Shown: in pieces, positions 1 to 9,653 of the stretch | Position numbering within the stretch: position 1 is the stretch's first letter | Layout: the number at the start of each line of letters is the position of its first letter | DNA from: Promethearchaeia archaeon | Lineage (GTDB): Archaea; Asgardarchaeota; Lokiarchaeia; Sigyniarchaeales; SOKP01 | Direction of reading: 5' to 3' | Assembly: GCA_029856045.1 (NCBI GenBank) | Contig: JAHQWG010000012.1 | Location: 64,001 to 128,000 of the forward strand | Length of the DNA: 64,000 nucleotides | Translations under genes and position numbers: made by a program | The notes under the pieces: generated by a model | Databases searched by the model: none | The model's input: the letters and a program-made list of their open reading frames with translations, nothing else | Told to the model about the DNA's origin: nothing

Positions 1-155
1 GAGGTAATAGTAACTAGGGATCCTAATTCACTTTTCAGTAAATCTCTAATTGCTACACGGATAACTTCTGATCTATTTGGATAAACGTTAGAGTTTACCA
101 ATTCTTCAATTCCACGTATATAAATTTCTGGAACATGAACAGTTATTAGCTTCAC
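1..155 (-). CDS. Ribbon-helix-helix (CopG/Arc/MetJ; CdrS/aCcr1-like) transcription regulator, runs off the window start
   Basis: Not in ORF track. Manual translation from GTG at 155: VKLITVHVPEIYIRGIEELVNSNVYPNRSEVIRVAIRDLLKSELGSLVTIT...; alternating beta-strand, then NRSEVIR helix motif; AGGTG SD-like upstream. Confidence 0.85.
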   Translation of the reverse strand, partial: MKLITVHVPEIYIRGIEELVNSNVYPNRSEVIRVAIRDLLKSELGSLVTIT

Positions 156-282
156 TTTTTTAACTACACCTACATATTTTTTTAATATATACTCCAATAA
201 TATCAAATTAAAAATAGGATATTATACAGATATTATCGAATTGAGTTTATTAAAAATCAAAAAAATCTTAAAAGAAAAAGAT

Positions 283-489
283 TTATTGTTCTTCTAATAG
301 TTTTTTTCCGACATTCTCATAATAATCTTTTACTTCCGAAATTGAGAGCGATACAATTGCATGTCTTGCATGGTTTAATTCAAATTTCTTAATTATTTGT
401 TGATTAGATGGATTAGATGGGTTAATGACTACATATTCTTTACATCTATGACATGCTCTTACCATTATGAAACTCATAACCAGTCTCAA
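283..489 (-). CDS. Small putative zinc-binding protein
   Basis: CxxC (CHRC) plus HxxH (HARH); co-oriented with flanking genes. Confidence 0.6.
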   Translation of the reverse strand: MRLVMSFIMVRACHRCKEYVVINPSNPSNQQIIKKFELNHARHAIVSLSISEVKDYYENVGKKLLEEQ

Positions 490-571
490 CCCAGACTTAA
501 TTTTTATTTGTCCTAATTATTAAATAGATAGATAATTTATATTTTTTTCTAATTAGTATAATAATTAATCT

Positions 572-2146
572 TTATAGGCGATCATGCGTTTTCACAAAAT
601 ATTTCTCTAAATTTTGCAATTCTGAGGCACTCTTAATTACATATTCTTCATTTAAACATGCTAAACAAAGTTGATCCTTCCTTAATCCAATTGCTTTAAC
701 TAGCCCATTAATACTCTGATAAGCAAGTGAGTCAGCTCCAATTTTTTGTCGAACAAGTTCTATATAATTATCTTTATCTATATATTCCATCCGTCCAGCC
801 AATAATTCAGAAGAAGAGGGAAAATCAATCCCCATATAACATGGTGCTTTTATTGGTGGTGCGGAGATTCGCACATGAACTGATTTTGCTCCGCCCTTTC
901 TAAGAAGTGATACTATTTGAGCCATTGTTGTTCCTCTTACAATGGAATCATCAACTAAGACTACATTTTTTCCATCTATAATAGATCTAATAGGGTTTAA
1001 TTTTTCAGAAACTGCGTTCTCACGATTCGTTTGACCGGGCATAATAAAAGTTCGCCAAACATATCTATTCTTCATTAAACCTTCTTCATAAGGAAGTCCA
1101 GATTCTTTTGCATATCCCAATGCAGCACTTCTACCAGAATCTGGGACAGGAACAACTATAGTATTATTTAAACCGCAAGGGTGTTCTTTTGCTAAATTTA
1201 TGCCTAAATTTTCTCTTGCTTTATTTACAGGAATTCCATCAATTATAGAATCAGGTCGTGCAAAATAAACAAATTCAAATTGACATAATGCTGTTCTTTT
1301 TGAATTCGCAAAAGTTTCCCTATTTATACTACCTGTAGGTTCAAAATGAACAATTTGTCCTGGTTTTACATCATCAATTAATTTGCCATTAACAGCATCT
1401 ATTGCACAACTCTCTGAAGCTACAACATTTTTAATTCGATTATTATCATCAACTGTTCCATAACATAGAGGTTTAAATCCAAATGGATCTCTAACAGCAT
1501 AAATATCTCCATCTGGTGTTAATAAAGTAAGAGAATAAGATCCATCAAGGAATTCTGCAGCAATTTTAAAGATTTCAATCCAATCTTTAGTTCCAATGCT
1601 TAAAGAAGCAAATAGAGTGGCTATTACTTCAGTATCGCTATTACTATTGATAATTATTCCTTTTTCGCCTAAATGCTTCTTTAATTTCATAAAATTTGCA
1701 ATAGTTCCATTAAAACCAAAAGAATATTCAATTTGATTAGAACAAAAGTGATATGGTTGAGCAAAAAGAAGTTTTGAGGATTCCGTTGTTCCATATCTCA
1801 CATGACCGATTCCAATATTACCCCAATATTGTCTTAAAAGTTCTTTATTTAAAGATTGTGCAGCTAATCCACTATTTTTATAAGAATAAATTTTTTGATT
1901 TCCATTTACAATAGATATTCCTACAGCTTCTTGACCTCTATGTTGGACACCCATTAATCCTAAATATAAATCATGGGCAATATTGTATCCCAAATCCGGT
2001 GTTGAAATACCAAAGACTCCACAGTGATCTCTAGGTTTATCATTTATCGAGGGAGAGGAATAAAGGAGTTTCATTTTTAAATCTTTCTTAAAGAAATTGT
2101 TTTTTGAACAAAAATTGCAATTTAAACAATTTTTTAACCCACTCAT
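572..2146 (-). CDS. purF: Amidophosphoribosyltransferase (canonical, propeptide and Fe-S type)
   Basis: DHCGVFG (mature Cys1), QHRGQE, GHVRY, PVPDSG, VDDSIVRGTT PRPP loop, Fe-S cysteines CQFE/CYMG/CLAC. Start may be a downstream Met. Confidence 0.95.
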   Translation of the reverse strand: MSGLKNCLNCNFCSKNNFFKKDLKMKLLYSSPSINDKPRDHCGVFGISTPDLGYNIAHDLYLGLMGVQHRGQEAVGISIVNGNQKIYSYKNSGLAAQSLNKELLRQYWGNIGIGHVRYGTTESSKLLFAQPYHFCSNQIEYSFGFNGTIANFMKLKKHLGEKGIIINSNSDTEVIATLFASLSIGTKDWIEIFKIAAEFLDGSYSLTLLTPDGDIYAVRDPFGFKPLCYGTVDDNNRIKNVVASESCAIDAVNGKLIDDVKPGQIVHFEPTGSINRETFANSKRTALCQFEFVYFARPDSIIDGIPVNKARENLGINLAKEHPCGLNNTIVVPVPDSGRSAALGYAKESGLPYEEGLMKNRYVWRTFIMPGQTNRENAVSEKLNPIRSIIDGKNVVLVDDSIVRGTTMAQIVSLLRKGGAKSVHVRISAPPIKAPCYMGIDFPSSSELLAGRMEYIDKDNYIELVRQKIGADSLAYQSINGLVKAIGLRKDQLCLACLNEEYVIKSASELQNLEKYFVKTHDRL

Positions 2147-2259
2147 ATTTTCGAATTTGCTCCTTCCATTATTTAAATAAATGTAGAATGGTATAAAATT
2201 TTTTGCATTTATAAGATCTAAATTAAAAATTTAAGATAATGCTTGGATATCTTTAACAA

Positions 2260-3657
2260 CTATTCTACACCATCCCAGCAATATGTGCACAATTTTTCCT
2301 TGGGCAGACCAATAGCTTTAACTAGGTCTTCAAGTCTCTGGTATTGTAACGTCGTCAGCTGCAACCTTTTACGTATAACATCAACCATGGCTTTATAATT
2401 ATCAGACTCAGGGTCGATATATTCGGCAGGATCGTCGATATCCTTTCCAATTAGTTCTTTTATGCCCCAGCGACCTGCTAAATCTAACTCAGAACGAGAC
2501 CGGGAGAAATTAAGGAATTTGCAGCTATAAATAAGCGGAGGGCATGCTGGTCGCATGTGAACTTCCTTAGCCCCAGAACTGTAGAGTCTTTGAATTGTAT
2601 CTCTAAGTTGCGTTCCTCTCACGATTGAGTCTTCACAGAAAAGTAGACGCTTACCATCAATGAGTTCTTTAATCGGAATGAGTTTCATCTTCGCAACGAG
2701 TTCTCTAATGGATTGATCTTGTGGCATAAAACTCCGTGGCCAGGTTGGGGTGTATTTTACAAATGGTCGTGAGAAAGGAATTTTTGCTTCACTAGCATAA
2801 CCCAAGCCATGCGGTGTTCCAGAATCTGGGATGCCTGCCACGAGATCAATTTCCACATTATCTTTCTTTGCCAAGTAAGAACCGCATTTGTAACGAACAA
2901 CCTCAACATTAATACCCTCATAATTAGATGCTGGATATCCATAATATACCCATAAAAAAGCACAAATTTGCAGCCGGTCACCAGGTGCAATTTTCTGTTC
3001 AAGACCTTTCTCACTTATGAAAATTACTTCACCTGGTCCAAGGTATTTTGTTATTTTATAATTGATATTTGGGAATGCACAAGTTTCCATTGCAACGGCA
3101 TAAGATCCTAATTTTTCCCCTATAATGAGAGGCGTTCTACCAAGTTTATCTCGTACCGCATAAATACCTTCATCTGTTAATATAAGCATAGTACAAGAAC
3201 CTTCAATCATATCGAGGACTTTCTTAATTCCTTCTTCATAGGTAGAACCTTGGCTAATTATAGTTGCGACCATTTCTGTGGGGTTGATTTCCCCTCCATG
3301 CATTTCTGAGAAATGTGATCCATTCTTTAATACTTCTTCTGCTAGCTTTTCCAAATTGTTAATTCTACCAACTGTAGCAATGGCGAATACGCCTAAACGT
3401 GAGCCGATTATCAAGGGTTGATCTTCATAATCACTGATCACTCCGATGCCTTTATTTCCGTGCATTTTCTTGATATCATCCTCGAATTTCGACCTGAATT
3501 GAGTTGTTGTGATATCCTTAATATATCTTTGAAATCCACCAGAGTTTTTTACGGTCAATCCGCCTCTTCTGGTTCCTAAATGGGAATGATAATCAGTCCC
3601 GTAAAAAAGATCTTCTATACAATCGCTATTTGAAAAGACTCCGAAAAGACCACCCAT
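2260..3657 (-). CDS. purF: Second amidophosphoribosyltransferase-like protein lacking the N-terminal catalytic Cys
   Basis: MGGLFGV start, YHSHLGTRRGG, GIPDSG, CEDSIVRGTQ, CTYC; ATG at 3657 overlaps the purL stop (TGATG). Confidence 0.85.
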   Translation of the reverse strand: MGGLFGVFSNSDCIEDLFYGTDYHSHLGTRRGGLTVKNSGGFQRYIKDITTTQFRSKFEDDIKKMHGNKGIGVISDYEDQPLIIGSRLGVFAIATVGRINNLEKLAEEVLKNGSHFSEMHGGEINPTEMVATIISQGSTYEEGIKKVLDMIEGSCTMLILTDEGIYAVRDKLGRTPLIIGEKLGSYAVAMETCAFPNINYKITKYLGPGEVIFISEKGLEQKIAPGDRLQICAFLWVYYGYPASNYEGINVEVVRYKCGSYLAKKDNVEIDLVAGIPDSGTPHGLGYASEAKIPFSRPFVKYTPTWPRSFMPQDQSIRELVAKMKLIPIKELIDGKRLLFCEDSIVRGTQLRDTIQRLYSSGAKEVHMRPACPPLIYSCKFLNFSRSRSELDLAGRWGIKELIGKDIDDPAEYIDPESDNYKAMVDVIRKRLQLTTLQYQRLEDLVKAIGLPKEKLCTYCWDGVE

Positions 3658-5900
3658 CACATATCTCCTTCCATGATTCTAGGTAATGTTGAATTGAATA
3701 AATTTTTTGCTTTCATAATATCTAAATTAAAATTTTCTTCAAGTCCTTTAATCATAATTTGCTTTTCTTCAGTAATGACTCCAATTTCTTTAAAATAGAG
3801 TTTATACTTTTTAATTAATACTATAAATTCTTTTATTTTATCAGCGTCTACTTCTATTATGAATCTTCCAACCGACTCACTAAATACAATTTGTTCGGAA
3901 GTTAAATCTTTATCAAAACAATCATAAAGATTTAGATCAGCTCCTAATTCATTTGGAAAACTCATTTCTAGAATAGTAATTAAAAATCCACCCTTATTAA
4001 CATCATGAATAGATTTAATATAGCCTTTTTTATTGACATCCAATAGAAAATCCCAAGTTCTTTTAGCGAAATCGAGATTGACTTTGGGTGGAGTGCCTCC
4101 TTCAATATTGTAAATAACTGAATGATATTCCGAACCCCCTAATTCATTTTTTGTTTCTCCAATTAAAAAGATTGGATTTCCTGATTTCTTAAAAGGTAAT
4201 GTGATTATATTTTCTTGACCTTCAATATACCCTAATAACATGATAATGGGTGTTGGTTTGATTACTTTTTGAAGAACTTCATCCTCATTATAAAAAGAAA
4301 CATTTCCTCCAACACAAGGGATATTTAGAAATTTTATACTATCTGCCATACCTTTAACACATTCAGAGAAATACCAAAAAGATGTTGGCTTCTCAGGATT
4401 GCCAAAATTACAGCAATTAACCATTGCAATAGGTTTTAAGCCGTTAGAAATAATATTACATCCTATTTCAACTACTGCACCTTTTGCTCCTTCATACGGA
4501 TCGAGAAAACAATGTTTAGAATTACACCCAGCGCTAGCAGATATATATTTATTTGTTCCAATTATTCTTAATACGCCCGAATCTCCATCTCCACATTTTA
4601 CTACTGATCGTACGCCTACTTCATGATCGTATTGCCTATAAATCCATTCTTTACTACAAATATTTTCGGATGCAATTAGCCGATATATTATCTCATCAAA
4701 TTTTAATGATCTTTCAGGAGTTTTCTGATTAATTAAATCATCTAGAAAGTCTGGGCGTTTCTCTTCTCTAATAATAGCCGGAAAATCTGATAATAGAGTG
4801 GGATCTAGCTCAACTACCATATTATCCGCATCTGTTATTCTTAATAATTTTGAATCATTAATTTTTCCTAATACAGCATAAGGGGTTTCATATTTTTTAA
4901 ATATTTCAAGAATAGTCTCTAACCCTTCAGCTTTTACAATAAACATCATTCTTTCTTGTGATTCTGAAAGCATTATCTCAAATGGAGTCATGTTTGGTTC
5001 ACGAGTAAAAATTTTATTGACATCAAATTCTATCCCAGTACCTCCATCTCCTGTTAATTCACTTGAAGCACAAGAAAGTCCGCCGCCTCCCAAATCTTTT
5101 AATCCTCTTACATATCCAGTTTTAACCGCCTCAATTGTTGCCTCAATAATTAATTTTTTACTAAAAGGATCTCCAATTTGAACCGCTGGTCGATCTGATT
5201 CAGATTGCTCAGTTAAAGTTCTGGAAGCAAAAGTAACTCCATGAATACCATCTCTCCCAGTTGAATTTCCCATTAATACAGCATAATCTCCAGGTTTCGA
5301 TGCTCTACTTGGAGTAAAATCTTCAACTTTACCAACACCTATACACGCTACATTTACTAAGCAATTATTTTCAAAACTATGGTCAAATTCAACTTCTCCA
5401 CCAATTGTAGGAATTCCAGTACAATTTCCATAATCTGCAATTCCCTTTACAACATATTTTAGTAGCCACTGAGAATGAGAATTATTTTTTAATCTTCCAA
5501 ATCGAAGTGGATCCAACAATGCTATTGGAAACATACCCATACATAAAATATCTCTAATTATACCTCCAATACCCGTAGCTGCGCCATGATATGGCTCTAT
5601 TGCAGAGGGATGATTATGAGATTCAATTCGAAATGCTATGCAATAATCATCACCAATATCAACAACACCTGCATCTTGTCCAGGACCCGCTAAAACATAA
5701 TCATAATTTTCTTCTGCAGGTTCAAATAATTTTAATTTAGGGCGAGAAGATTTATAAGAACAATGCTCACTTCCCATTACATCAAACATACCCCATTCCG
5801 TAATATATGGGTCTCTTCCAAGAATTGATTTAATCCTTTCTATTTCCCTTTCTGTTAGAGCAACCTCGACTGTATCTCTTTCATTTCCAACTATAGGCAT
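3657..5900 (-). CDS. purL: FGAM synthase subunit PurL
   Basis: SEHCSYKSS, ESHNHPS, TGRDGIHG, DLGGGGL, MLSESQERM, QYDHEV, GGNVSFYN. Confidence 0.97.
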   Translation of the reverse strand: MPIVGNERDTVEVALTEREIERIKSILGRDPYITEWGMFDVMGSEHCSYKSSRPKLKLFEPAEENYDYVLAGPGQDAGVVDIGDDYCIAFRIESHNHPSAIEPYHGAATGIGGIIRDILCMGMFPIALLDPLRFGRLKNNSHSQWLLKYVVKGIADYGNCTGIPTIGGEVEFDHSFENNCLVNVACIGVGKVEDFTPSRASKPGDYAVLMGNSTGRDGIHGVTFASRTLTEQSESDRPAVQIGDPFSKKLIIEATIEAVKTGYVRGLKDLGGGGLSCASSELTGDGGTGIEFDVNKIFTREPNMTPFEIMLSESQERMMFIVKAEGLETILEIFKKYETPYAVLGKINDSKLLRITDADNMVVELDPTLLSDFPAIIREEKRPDFLDDLINQKTPERSLKFDEIIYRLIASENICSKEWIYRQYDHEVGVRSVVKCGDGDSGVLRIIGTNKYISASAGCNSKHCFLDPYEGAKGAVVEIGCNIISNGLKPIAMVNCCNFGNPEKPTSFWYFSECVKGMADSIKFLNIPCVGGNVSFYNEDEVLQKVIKPTPIIMLLGYIEGQENIITLPFKKSGNPIFLIGETKNELGGSEYHSVIYNIEGGTPPKVNLDFAKRTWDFLLDVNKKGYIKSIHDVNKGGFLITILEMSFPNELGADLNLYDCFDKDLTSEQIVFSESVGRFIIEVDADKIKEFIVLIKKYKLYFKEIGVITEEKQIMIKGLEENFNLDIMKAKNLFNSTLPRIMEGDM

Positions 5901-6608
5901 TTATATCCTGGATTTTATAAAATTAACCATTGATTTAAATAATTTTATCCCATGAGCATTCTTAAATGGGTTTAAGATTTCTTCTGAGGCTCTTTCAGGA
6001 TGAGGCATTAAGCCAACACAGTTTCGTTCTAAATTGCAAACTCCAGCAATGTTATCGAATGAGCCATTTGGATTTGATTCTTCATTAAGAAGCCCCTTCT
6101 TTGAAACATATTTAAAAACGATTTGATCATTATCATATAATTCTTTTAAATTATCATGAAAATATCTTCCTTCACTATGAGCAATGGGAATATCTATTAT
6201 TTCGTTTTTTTTCATTTGATTTGAAAATGCCGTTTCATTATTTTCAACCCTTAAATGCACCCACCTACATTCAAATTTTAAAGTATCATTTCTTAAAAGC
6301 GCACCAGGTAAAAATTCAGCTTCAGTAAGAATTTGAAAACCATTGCAAATCCCTAATACAGGACGCCCATCTTTAATCATTATCTCAGCTTCCTTTACAG
6401 CAGGACTATGAGCTGCTATAATTCCGCCACGTAAATAATCCCCGAAAGAAAAACCACCTGGAAGAATACAACCGTCATATTTTCTTTCTTTAAAATTAGT
6501 GTGCCAAATCAAATCCGCCTGGATGCCAATAACATTGTTTAATATATGAGTTGCATCACGATCGCAATTTGACCCTGGGAATTGGATAACAGCAATTCTT
6601 ATACTCAT
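5901..6608 (-). CDS. purQ: FGAM synthase glutaminase subunit PurQ
   Basis: FPGSNCD, PGGFSFGDYLR, GICNGFQ, MPHPER. Confidence 0.97.
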   Translation of the reverse strand: MSIRIAVIQFPGSNCDRDATHILNNVIGIQADLIWHTNFKERKYDGCILPGGFSFGDYLRGGIIAAHSPAVKEAEIMIKDGRPVLGICNGFQILTEAEFLPGALLRNDTLKFECRWVHLRVENNETAFSNQMKKNEIIDIPIAHSEGRYFHDNLKELYDNDQIVFKYVSKKGLLNEESNPNGSFDNIAGVCNLERNCVGLMPHPERASEEILNPFKNAHGIKLFKSMVNFIKSRI

Positions 6609-6625
6609 TTTTTTAAAAATATATT

Positions 6626-6889
6626 TTAATTTTTCTTTTTAACACTTAGAACTGTTAGATTTTGGGTCACTGGATTAAAAATCCTGAGATCATTACACAT
6701 TTTTTCAACGAATCTTTCTGCCAATTGCTCATTTTCGGCTTTTACATAAATCCTTAAATATTGTCCTGTTCTAACATTTAAAACCATGTCATATCCTTGC
6801 TTAGCAATCAGGTCTTTCTGAATAGTGGAACCCACTGGATCTCGAGCAGCTGGCTTATTTTCTAATACTACTTCTACAATATATTCCAT
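6626..6889 (-). CDS. purS: FGAM synthase subunit PurS
   Basis: 87 aa with DPVG and NPV motifs, directly upstream of purQ. Confidence 0.9.
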   Translation of the reverse strand: MEYIVEVVLENKPAARDPVGSTIQKDLIAKQGYDMVLNVRTGQYLRIYVKAENEQLAERFVEKMCNDLRIFNPVTQNLTVLSVKKKN

Positions 6890-7119
6890 GATATTCTATT
6901 TTTTTATGAAAATTTTCAAGATTCTGATAATTAAAAATATACTCAATACTTTTTATTAATTTTTATTAGTTTTTATTAAAGGAAAAATAAAATGATTTTA
7001 AAGAGCATCTTATAACGACAAAAATCTTTAATCATTTAAAAGATTTAATATAGAAAAAGAAACTCCAGTATGATCCCAATCAAGATTCTTATCAATTCAT
7101 TGGTTTTTTCATCTAAAAA

Positions 7120-8097
7120 TTATAAATAACCAGCATGTTTTAAATTATTTTTAATTCGTTCAATAGGATCCTTTTTAGTATCAGGATTAAATTGCACCCC
7201 AATTATTCTTTCGAAATTGTTAATATACCGTTTTGCTAACTTTACTTTTATATTATTTGGAATTTCGGGGATTTTTTCATTTGGTTTAATATTAGGAAAC
7301 GTTTCTGGAAAAGTTTCCATAAGCCAACCTCTAAAAAATTCTTTATCAAGAATTTCAGGTTCCTCAGATTTACCAAATAATTCTTCATATGTATCAGCAA
7401 TCCAAAATCTTGATGAATCAGGTGTATGAATCTCATCAATAACAAAAAGTTCATCATCCTTTAATCCAAATTCATACTTTGTGTCGACTAATATTAGATT
7501 ATTTTTTTTACTGAAATTTTGCCCAAATTCAAATAATTTAATGGTATCTTCTTCCATCTGTTCATAAATAGATTTTGAGACCAAATTTCTATCTAAAATT
7601 TCCTTTTTAGAGAGATATATATCATGACCATGGGTGGCTTTAGTTGATGGTGTAATTATTGGTTCATTAAATTTTTGATTCTTTCTTAATCCTTTTGGAA
7701 ATTCAATCCCAGAAAATTTTTCTCCTTTTTGATAAGCACGCCACAAGCTTCCAGTAATATAACTACGAATCACCATTTCTATTGGAACTGTCTTGCATTC
7801 ACGAACAACTGAAACATTAGGATCCGGAACAGAAATCAAATGATTTTTTACTACGTTTTTTGATTTTTCAAACCAAAATGATGAGAGCTGATTTAAAATT
7901 TGTCCCTTGAAAGGAATTGTTGTTATTACCCTATCAAATGAAGATATGCGGTCAGTTGAAATAATAATTCTAACACCTTCTTTAGAATAATTATCTCTCA
8001 CCTTTCCTTGATACTTTTTTCCTAATTTTGGAAAATTAGTTACTTTGAGGGTATATCTAAGCTGTTCATTTAATATCTCATCAATCATTTCATTCAT
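7120..8097 (-). CDS. purC: SAICAR synthetase
   Basis: GKVRD, TDRISSFD, IPFKG, TPSTK, DTKYEFG, DEIHTPDSSRFW, LDKEF. Confidence 0.95.
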   Translation of the reverse strand: MNEMIDEILNEQLRYTLKVTNFPKLGKKYQGKVRDNYSKEGVRIIISTDRISSFDRVITTIPFKGQILNQLSSFWFEKSKNVVKNHLISVPDPNVSVVRECKTVPIEMVIRSYITGSLWRAYQKGEKFSGIEFPKGLRKNQKFNEPIITPSTKATHGHDIYLSKKEILDRNLVSKSIYEQMEEDTIKLFEFGQNFSKKNNLILVDTKYEFGLKDDELFVIDEIHTPDSSRFWIADTYEELFGKSEEPEILDKEFFRGWLMETFPETFPNIKPNEKIPEIPNNIKVKLAKRYINNFERIIGVQFNPDTKKDPIERIKNNLKHAGYL

Positions 8098-8158
8098 ATT
8101 TTATTTGTTATGCCTTATAAGGTAGATTATTAATCAAGTGGTAAATAATTAAAAAATC

Positions 8159-8551
8159 TCATTTCTTTTTGTATGTGCCATTAGAAAACTCACTTAGCGG
8201 ATATTTTTTACGATTTTTTTCCATTTTTTTTTGAAAAGCATAAGAGAGATCTAAATTAATTGCATTTGCAAAGCTAAGAAGATAAATAAAAATATCAGCA
8301 AATTCTTCGGATATATTTGAAAAAATATTGGGATTATTCAAAATTTCCTCTAGAGAGGGGCTTTTGAAAAGAAAGAGTTCTAATAATTCTGCACTTTCAA
8401 TGGATATTGCTTGTGCTAATTCTTTTGGAGTATGATATTTATTCCATTTTCTATCTTTTACAAATTTTTCGACTTCTTTTTTTAAAAAAGAGATTGTTTG
8501 ATTACTATCATTAAAAATAGAATTACTTTTTTCGAAATTCATAATAATCAC
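8159..8551 (-). CDS. MazG-like (dCTPase-type) nucleotide pyrophosphohydrolase
   Basis: RKWNKYHTPKELA, ESAELLE, EEFADIFIY, KMEKNRKKYP. Confidence 0.85.
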   Translation of the reverse strand: MIIMNFEKSNSIFNDSNQTISFLKKEVEKFVKDRKWNKYHTPKELAQAISIESAELLELFLFKSPSLEEILNNPNIFSNISEEFADIFIYLLSFANAINLDLSYAFQKKMEKNRKKYPLSEFSNGTYKKK

Positions 8552-8577
8552 AAAAAATAGTTATTAAACAACTAAAG

Positions 8578-9408
8578 TTAGCCCATTTCTTTAAGAAATT
8601 TATCTATATAATTATTTATCTCCTTATAGATTTGTGATGGTGCTAAATGACCAGCAAACTCTATTGCAATCAATTCAGAATTGGGAATTTTTTCAGCTAA
8701 TCTTTCCGAAAAAGTGAGAGGGCTGTAATTATCCAGCATTCCACCCACGATCAACGTGGGACATTTAATATCAGAAGGATCAAAACATTTCGCTTCATCA
8801 ACCATATTGAATATTTCCTCTTCGATGATTTCCTCTAATTCAGGATCACTATATTCTTGGTTTTCGGATGCCTCTTTAAGGGCTAACTTTATAAATGGAA
8901 TTGTACGGTCTAGAACGTCATCAAGAGAATTCTCTGCAATTTTTAGAAAGTTCATACGAATATTATACGGCAAAATGTTCCAAAATGACCCTCGGATATC
9001 ATTATCAATCATTAAGTCCCCAGAATTCAGGAGAATTAAGAATTTAACTTTATCGGGATGTTTTTTAGTTAGGAGTTGTGCAATCATACCTCCAAGAAGA
9101 CTATGAGATAGAATTCCAAATTTTTCATTAATTTTTAGATGTTTCAATAGATCTTCTATATCCCTTAGATATGTCTCTCTTAAATGATCCTTTAATTTTA
9201 TACTAATAGGCTTAAAACTCCTTCCAAGACCAATTGCATCAATTGGAACTAATCTATATTTTTTTTTCTTTAGAAATGAGATTTGATGTTTGAAGAAAAT
9301 AACAGAAGAAGCTTGCCCGTGTAAAAGGATAATGGGGAAATTCTTAGGATCTTCATTGATATCCTCATAATATATGCTTAGAGAATCCTTATTTCGAAAG
9401 AATGGCAT
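8578..9408 (-). CDS. Alpha/beta fold hydrolase
   Basis: LLHG, DAIGLGRS, SHSLLGG, PTLIVGG..D, AGH. Confidence 0.85.
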   Translation of the reverse strand: MPFFRNKDSLSIYYEDINEDPKNFPIILLHGQASSVIFFKHQISFLKKKKYRLVPIDAIGLGRSFKPISIKLKDHLRETYLRDIEDLLKHLKINEKFGILSHSLLGGMIAQLLTKKHPDKVKFLILLNSGDLMIDNDIRGSFWNILPYNIRMNFLKIAENSLDDVLDRTIPFIKLALKEASENQEYSDPELEEIIEEEIFNMVDEAKCFDPSDIKCPTLIVGGMLDNYSPLTFSERLAEKIPNSELIAIEFAGHLAPSQIYKEINNYIDKFLKEMG

Positions 9409-9653
9409 AACTTCTTCTTTTCTTTTTTCAATTCTATTATTAAAAGTATTTGATAATAAAAATATTTTATTGAAATCATGGATTAAAATTGTAAATAGTT
9501 TTAAAATGTGAGTAAAAAGATAAATTTAAAAATAATTAATTTGATCTTGAAATTTTTTAGGAGAAAATATATAAAAATGAAGTTTAAGTTTGTTTAGAAT
9601 TTACTCATTTCTTAGTAATTATTCTACATTATTAAAAGAGAGAAAAAAAAAAT

